Both the position numbers and the translations under genes were made by a program. A stretch of 14,608 bases of DNA from contig JBKHIT010000085.1 of assembly GCA_046538485.1 (NCBI GenBank), positions 1 through 14,608 of the forward strand, written 5' to 3'. This stretch comes from Candidatus Brocadiia bacterium. GTDB taxonomy: Bacteria > Planctomycetota > Brocadiia > SM23-32. A model generated the notes under the pieces. It was not told the origin of the DNA. It made no database searches and saw nothing but the letters and a program-made list of their open reading frames with translations. Of the stretch, positions 9,725 to 14,608 are shown in pieces (the stretch's first letter is position 1; every line of letters starts with the position of its first letter).

Positions 9725-10792
9725 TCAGAGGATGGTTTCCTCAATCAACTGCACGAGCCGACGATTGGCCGACGGCATCGGGTAATCCTTGATCTCCACT
9801 AAGCCAATCCACCGATGAGTTTCATCTGTTGGCAGAACAGGAGGCGATGGGCACAAAAATGCCTGGAGCGTAGCCTCGAAACGGGTATAGTAATGCATCA
9901 CTTCCGGCAGTTTTTGTCCCGGTTCGCATTCTACACCCAGTTCCTCACGGATTTCCCGTTTGAGAGCTTCTTTAAGACCTTCATCCGCCTCCACTTTTCC
10001 GCCGGGGAATTCCCATAATCCCCCGAACAAACCGTCCAGCGGCCTTTTCTGAATATAAATTTCGCTTCTCCGGAGGAATATTGCCAGAACCGTCGTAATC
10101 TTCTTGATTTTTCTCTTTCTCCCCGGTGGAATTTCTTCCTGTACACCCTCTTGGTAGGCTGCACAATCCCCTGAAGCAAAACATTTGCCACAGAGCGGTG
10201 AACCCGGCCGACAGATAGCCGTGCCGAAATCCATAAGCCCCTGGTTGAAATCGGCTGAGCGGCGGGGTGGCATTGCTTGCTGTGCGGCACTTTTTGCAGT
10301 CTTTCTGACGGAACTATCCTGCGGCATTCCCGGAAGAGCCAGCAAACGCATGAAAACGCGCTTGAGGTTGGCATCGAGAGCCACGTCGTCGATCGCAAAC
10401 GCAAGGCTTCGAATTGCGGAGGCGATATAAGGGCCGATGCCCGGCAAATCCAGCAAAGCCTCACGATCGCAGGGAATTCGTCCCCCATACTTCGAAACAA
10501 TTACCTGTGCTGCTTCGTGAAGATGACGTGCACGTTGGTAATACCCCAGACCTTCCCACATCGACAGGACTTCTTGTTTTTCAGCCTCCGCTACGTCACG
10601 AATGCCAGGAAACTCGCTCATCCATTGCTCAAACCGACCGATAACGCTCCCCACAACAGTCTGTTGAAGCATCACTTCCGAAACCCAGACTTCATACGGC
10701 GAAGGATCGTCGCGCCAGGGCAGCTCACGACGATTTCTCGAATACCACTGGAGGAGCTGAAAACCGAATTGTTCGAACTTTTCATCCTTCAT
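9725..10792 (-). CDS. mutY: A/G-specific adenine glycosylase MutY with C-terminal Nudix (MutT-like) domain
   Basis: RELPWR, VWVSEVMLQQT, WEGLGYYQRAR, HhH LPGIGPY, LDANLKRV, Fe-S motif C-x6-C-x2-C-x5-C, and GLWEFPGGKVE...REIREELG. Confidence 0.95.
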   Translation of the reverse strand: MKDEKFEQFGFQLLQWYSRNRRELPWRDDPSPYEVWVSEVMLQQTVVGSVIGRFEQWMSEFPGIRDVAEAEKQEVLSMWEGLGYYQRARHLHEAAQVIVSKYGGRIPCDREALLDLPGIGPYIASAIRSLAFAIDDVALDANLKRVFMRLLALPGMPQDSSVRKTAKSAAQQAMPPRRSADFNQGLMDFGTAICRPGSPLCGKCFASGDCAAYQEGVQEEIPPGRKRKIKKITTVLAIFLRRSEIYIQKRPLDGLFGGLWEFPGGKVEADEGLKEALKREIREELGVECEPGQKLPEVMHYYTRFEATLQAFLCPSPPVLPTDETHRWIGLVEIKDYPMPSANRRLVQLIEETIL

Positions 10793-10983
10793 AGGCGTGT
10801 CTTAGAAGAAAAAAGAGGCGCCTTAAAGCTATTCATCCAATCAAAAAAAGACTTCACTCAGATGGCTTCGATGTGAAAAAATAAAAGAACGGGCACGGGG
10901 CACGATAACGGCCCGCTCACTTTACGCCTGGATATCGCTCCGGTAAGCTGGAGTTATGATGCTGTGAGAAGAAAGGGTATTTG

Positions 10984-12150
10984 ATGCCGAATTTACGCAA
11001 AAGCTGGACATTGTTCAAAATATTCGGGTTTCCGATAAAAATCAACCCGACCTGGTTTCTGTTGTTTTTCCTGATTGTATTTTCACTCTCCAGCAAAGAA
11101 GGGATGCTGAGGTCTTTTCTCGCGGGGCAAATAGAGAACACTTGGGTCTACTGGGTTCTCGGGGTAATCGGCGCATTAGGACTCTTTGCATCTCTGATAA
11201 TTCACGAACTCTGCCATAGCCTAGTGGCCCGAAAAACCGGTATGCCGGTGAAAGGCATTACCTTGTTCATTTTCGGGGGCGTGAGCGAGATGGAAGACGA
11301 ACCCCCTACTCCTGTAGGTGAATTCCTTATGGCAGTGGTGGGTCCTGTGGCCAGCATACTGATCTCACTGGGGTGCCTGGCAGTTTGGATTACGGGCAAA
11401 CTCTTTTACTGGCCCGGGACCGTGACAGTACTGCTGGGATATCTTTCAGGCATTAACTTTGCGCTTGCCGTCTTTAATAGTCTTCCGGCCTTCCCTCTCG
11501 ATGGTGGACGGGTGCTGCGAAGTCTCATATGGGGGGCAACTAACGACTTGCGGAAAGCCACCCGAATTGCCGGTCGCATCGGCGGCACTTTCGGAATGGT
11601 TATGATCGTTGGCGGAGTTCTCATGCTTTTTTCCGGAAGCATCATCGGGGGGATCTGGTTTATGTTTATCGGTTTCTTCTTGCGAAAAGCCGCGTCGAAC
11701 AGCCTGCAACAAGTTGTGATGCGGCAGGCTATCGGAGGCCAACCGGTGAGCGATTTTATGACTTCCGACCCTATTACGGTGACTTCCGATATACCGGTCC
11801 AGAATTTCGTCGAAGATTACGCTCTCCACTACCACTTTCACGTTTTTCCAGTGGTTGATGACGATGGTAATTTAATCGGTGAGGTCAATTCTCGCGCGCC
11901 GGCCCAGCTGGAACGTGCCCGGTGGGACTCTGCCACGGTATCGGAAATTATGGAGGATCCCCCGGATGACATGTGCATTTCCCCCGATACCGACGCTTCC
12001 AGGGCGCTTTCTATTCTCAGGAGAGAAGAAGGAAACCGTTTGATCGTCGTCCAGAACAACGAACCCGTTGGTATTCTGAGCCTCCGCGATCTGCTTGATT
12101 TTATCGTTCTCAGAAACGGAGATGTTGCGCAAAATCTTCGTGCCGGTTAA
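10984..12150 (+). CDS. Site-2 protease (peptidase M50) with tandem CBS domains
   Basis: HELCH zinc motif, ITLFIFGGV, AVVGP, FNSLPAFPLDGGR, and a C-terminal CBS pair (VSDFMT...FPVVDDDGNLIG; VSEIM...VGILSLRDL). Start is ATG 10984 or TTG 10981. Confidence 0.93.
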   Translation: MPNLRKSWTLFKIFGFPIKINPTWFLLFFLIVFSLSSKEGMLRSFLAGQIENTWVYWVLGVIGALGLFASLIIHELCHSLVARKTGMPVKGITLFIFGGVSEMEDEPPTPVGEFLMAVVGPVASILISLGCLAVWITGKLFYWPGTVTVLLGYLSGINFALAVFNSLPAFPLDGGRVLRSLIWGATNDLRKATRIAGRIGGTFGMVMIVGGVLMLFSGSIIGGIWFMFIGFFLRKAASNSLQQVVMRQAIGGQPVSDFMTSDPITVTSDIPVQNFVEDYALHYHFHVFPVVDDDGNLIGEVNSRAPAQLERARWDSATVSEIMEDPPDDMCISPDTDASRALSILRREEGNRLIVVQNNEPVGILSLRDLLDFIVLRNGDVAQNLRAG

Positions 12151-12262
12151 AAATCTCACTTACAAAAGATCCAAGAACAGTGCCTGTGATAGGATCTAAT
12201 AATCATCGAACCTTGAGTGAGGGCGGCAAAAAAAACAACAATCCCTATCTGACGTGAGCATT

Positions 12263-13345
12263 ATGGATAGAAGAGAAAGACTGCGGCGATGCTATTTCCA
12301 CGAAGAACTGGATCGCCCTGCTGTTTATAGCCGGACGGGATTTCCTGGCAAAGATCCAAGTTACAATCGACTGAAAGATTACCTTGAATTGCACACCGAG
12401 CTGAAAAAGGGGTGGTCGGGGCGCCAATTCGAATCGAGATATCCCAGCGAAACCCGAACCGAGAACCATTCTGAAGACTTCGAGCGCCGAATCGAAATCC
12501 TCCATACGCCAAAAGGCGATTTACAGCGTTCCTGGTTGGTCAGTCTCAAAGGACAGCCGGGTCTACACGAAACCTTCTTCGTAAACTGCGCCAAGGATGC
12601 CGAAAAATACCTCTCGCTCCCTCTTCCGCAAGTCACGGGCGAGGTCTCCTCTTTCTTCGAATCCGTTGCCGCTGTTGGAGATGCAGGGATCGTGCAGGTC
12701 GGGCTGGGATTCAATCCGGGCGGATTCGTCGCGGAGCTTTGTGGATCCGAAAATTTCGCGATGATGTCCGTGACAAACCGTAATACTTTGCACAGGCTCT
12801 GCGAAAGGCAAATGAACATTATATTGCAAACGGTCAAATTCCTTCTCGATGCCGACGCAGGGCCTTTCTTCTCAATGCTCGGGGAAGAATACATTGTGCC
12901 GCCCCTGCACGGCCCGAAGGATTTCAATGACTTCAACGTGAAGTACGACAAGCCGATACTTGATCTGATTCACAATGCCGGTGGGCGCGTCCATATCCAC
13001 TGTCACGGATCAATTAAAAACATCTTCCAGGGTTTTATTGACATGGGGGCGGATGTTCTACATCCACTCGAACCCCCGCCGCAGGGAAACATTCTTGCTG
13101 ATGAAGCCAAAGAATTGGCGCGCGATAAAATGTGCCTTGAAGGCAACATCCAGATTGACCGGATGTACGAAGCAACCCCTGAAGAAATTCGAACAGAAAC
13201 CCGGCAACTGATTTCCGATGCGTTTTACGACGGAAAAGGCCTGATCGTCTGCCCGTCAGCTTCTCCCTACATCCGGGACGCCGGGAAACAATGTTTCGAT
13301 CGATACAAAGCCATGATCGATACCGTGCTCGCATTCAACAAATGA
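12263..13345 (+). CDS. Uroporphyrinogen decarboxylase-like / MtaA-CmuA family (URO-D/CIMS-like) protein
   Basis: M..RERL....E.DRP N-terminus, TPKGDL, PPLHGPKDF..F..KY, HIHCHG, DVLHPLEPPP.G, LEGNIQ, C-terminal SASP. Start is ATG 12263 or GTG 12254. Confidence 0.85.
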   Translation: MDRRERLRRCYFHEELDRPAVYSRTGFPGKDPSYNRLKDYLELHTELKKGWSGRQFESRYPSETRTENHSEDFERRIEILHTPKGDLQRSWLVSLKGQPGLHETFFVNCAKDAEKYLSLPLPQVTGEVSSFFESVAAVGDAGIVQVGLGFNPGGFVAELCGSENFAMMSVTNRNTLHRLCERQMNIILQTVKFLLDADAGPFFSMLGEEYIVPPLHGPKDFNDFNVKYDKPILDLIHNAGGRVHIHCHGSIKNIFQGFIDMGADVLHPLEPPPQGNILADEAKELARDKMCLEGNIQIDRMYEATPEEIRTETRQLISDAFYDGKGLIVCPSASPYIRDAGKQCFDRYKAMIDTVLAFNK

Positions 13346-13381
13346 AACGTCTCCGAATCGCACCCCGCTATTTAAATCCAG

Positions 13382-13663
13382 TCACCACGGCCAGAGCCCT
13401 GCATCCTGAATTTCCCCGATGACGCCTTGCACGCGTTTTCGTCCCCCCTCATCGTATTGTTTGTGCAGCTGTCGCTCTCTCCAGTGGTCGCCACTTTCCC
13501 CTTCCCTTTTGGCGATGGCGGCCCGTTCGACCATGTGGATCGCAAGTCGAGAAAGCCCCTTCTTCTCGGCTTTTTCTACAGCATACTGTACCTTCCGTTT
13601 CTGCGCGCTCACAGATGTACGTGATTTCTCTCCGATGCCCCCGCTCATTCTTCGTCGGCTCAT
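13382..13663 (-). CDS. Small basic hypothetical protein (93 aa)
   Basis: Strong AAGGAGG RBS (13679-13673) 9 nt before the ATG; convergent with the URO-D gene; no family recognised. Confidence 0.7.
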   Translation of the reverse strand: MSRRRMSGGIGEKSRTSVSAQKRKVQYAVEKAEKKGLSRLAIHMVERAAIAKREGESGDHWRERQLHKQYDEGGRKRVQGVIGEIQDAGLWPW

Positions 13664-14042
13664 GCCAATATGCCTCCTTGATCAGGGAATCAAATATGTA
13701 TTCATTCAAGGGGAAATACTCCAGCTATCTTGAGTATACCGGAGAGAAGCAAAAGGATAAAACGTGGGCGTGCGTTGGAGCCAGCCAAAATGGTTGCAAG
13801 TGACTTTCAGAAAGAGAGTTAAAGAAATACCGCCCCCTATCGCTACTTCATTCTGTAATACAAAACAAGCAGGATAGGAAGTAGACTACAGGCGAGGATG
13901 TCAGCCGCCATATACAGCAAGTTCTGTCCAAGTGTGGAGTCGAGCCGTCGCATATTATTGTCTGGACATATTTTACAATAAACAAAGGGCCTCTCCAGAT
14001 TCTTACAACCGATTTTCACGTAAGTATTCAGTGAACCACGTT

Positions 14043-14380
14043 GGCCCGTCCCCGCCGCGCCCTGTGCCGGTGGAAGTATGATTGGCCACTACGCGCCAGA
14101 ACGAACTTTAACGCTCTGCGCCGGAGGAAGCAACGTACTGAACAGCGGAAGCGTGTGCCGTGGTTATCGGACTTCGCACTCCCAGACCCGCCTGCTGAAC
14201 TCAAATCCGAAATGTTTGTTAATCCGTTGCCTCCACCGGCGCGGGCCCATTGGTTTATGGGCCGCGTTCTGAACTCCAGCCTCCGGCTGAAGTCCAGTCC
14301 GCTCGCGGGGATTGAGACTCGAGTTCAGCTGAGCCCGCCACTGAGCGGGCGAAACTGGACTTGAGGCGGACAAACGTTGG
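14043..14380. ncRNA. Highly base-paired non-coding element of unknown class
   Basis: Stems at 14061-14074/14232-14245, 14211-14219/14370-14378, 14244-14250/14257-14263, 14277-14281/14285-14289, 14290-14298/14354-14362, 14333-14338/14345-14350, plus a crossing 8-bp pair 14269-14276/14321-14328. No convincing ORF. Confidence 0.4.
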
Positions 14381-14502
14381 GAGATGCGAAGTAGCTGCAG
14401 GTCCGCAGCGCCGGGGCAGCCTGCCGTTGGTCGTTCTCAAGTTGAAACGGCATTGTCTGGTTGAAGGAGAACACCGAACTCACCGAGAAATCGAGGCTTC
14501 CG

Positions 14503-14530
14503 AGCCGGGCTATCGGAGCCGCGCTATCGG
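14503..14530 (+). repeat. 14-bp tandem direct repeat (2 copies, 1 mismatch)
   Basis: AGCCGGGCTATCGG AGCCGCGCTATCGG. Confidence 0.7.
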
Positions 14531-14608
14531 GGTCGGACCAACACAAGTCTTTCCCGCGCTATGTAACTATTCGGTAAAGTGCGTGGCCTTGCAACCAGCT
14601 TTCTGGTT

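Noticed and set aside
13678..13693. FNR/CRP-type box TTGAT...ATCAA
   Set aside because: The spacer is 6 nt rather than 4.
14041..14546. Short ORFs on both strands (14041-14364, 14078-14272, 14164-14373, 14255-14440, 14325-14546)
   Set aside because: No RBS, atypical composition and mutual overlap; the region is better explained as structured non-coding sequence.

Overview
Bacterial window of roughly mid-50s % GC (estimated by eye). The core (about 2.9-13.3 kb) holds a long-chain polyprenyl diphosphate synthase, a MenA-like prenyltransferase, metK-ahcY, an orphan 371-aa protein with three tandem HTH-like repeats behind a sigma54-type promoter, cvpA, a MutY with an intact Nudix box, an M50/CBS site-2 protease and a URO-D/MtaA-family enzyme. 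Both flanks look accessory or eroded. The left edge has what resembles the 5' end of a HEARO/IscB omegaRNA running off the window on the minus strand. It is followed by a doubly frameshifted, truncated DUF4143 AAA-ATPase pseudogene, a possible stand-alone small RNA, a DUF6868 gene with integron-cassette-like borders and a secreted transglutaminase-like protein. The right edge has a small orphan gene and a heavily base-paired non-coding region with hammerhead-like topology and att-like motifs. All family assignments come from motif recognition by eye; no database searches were run.
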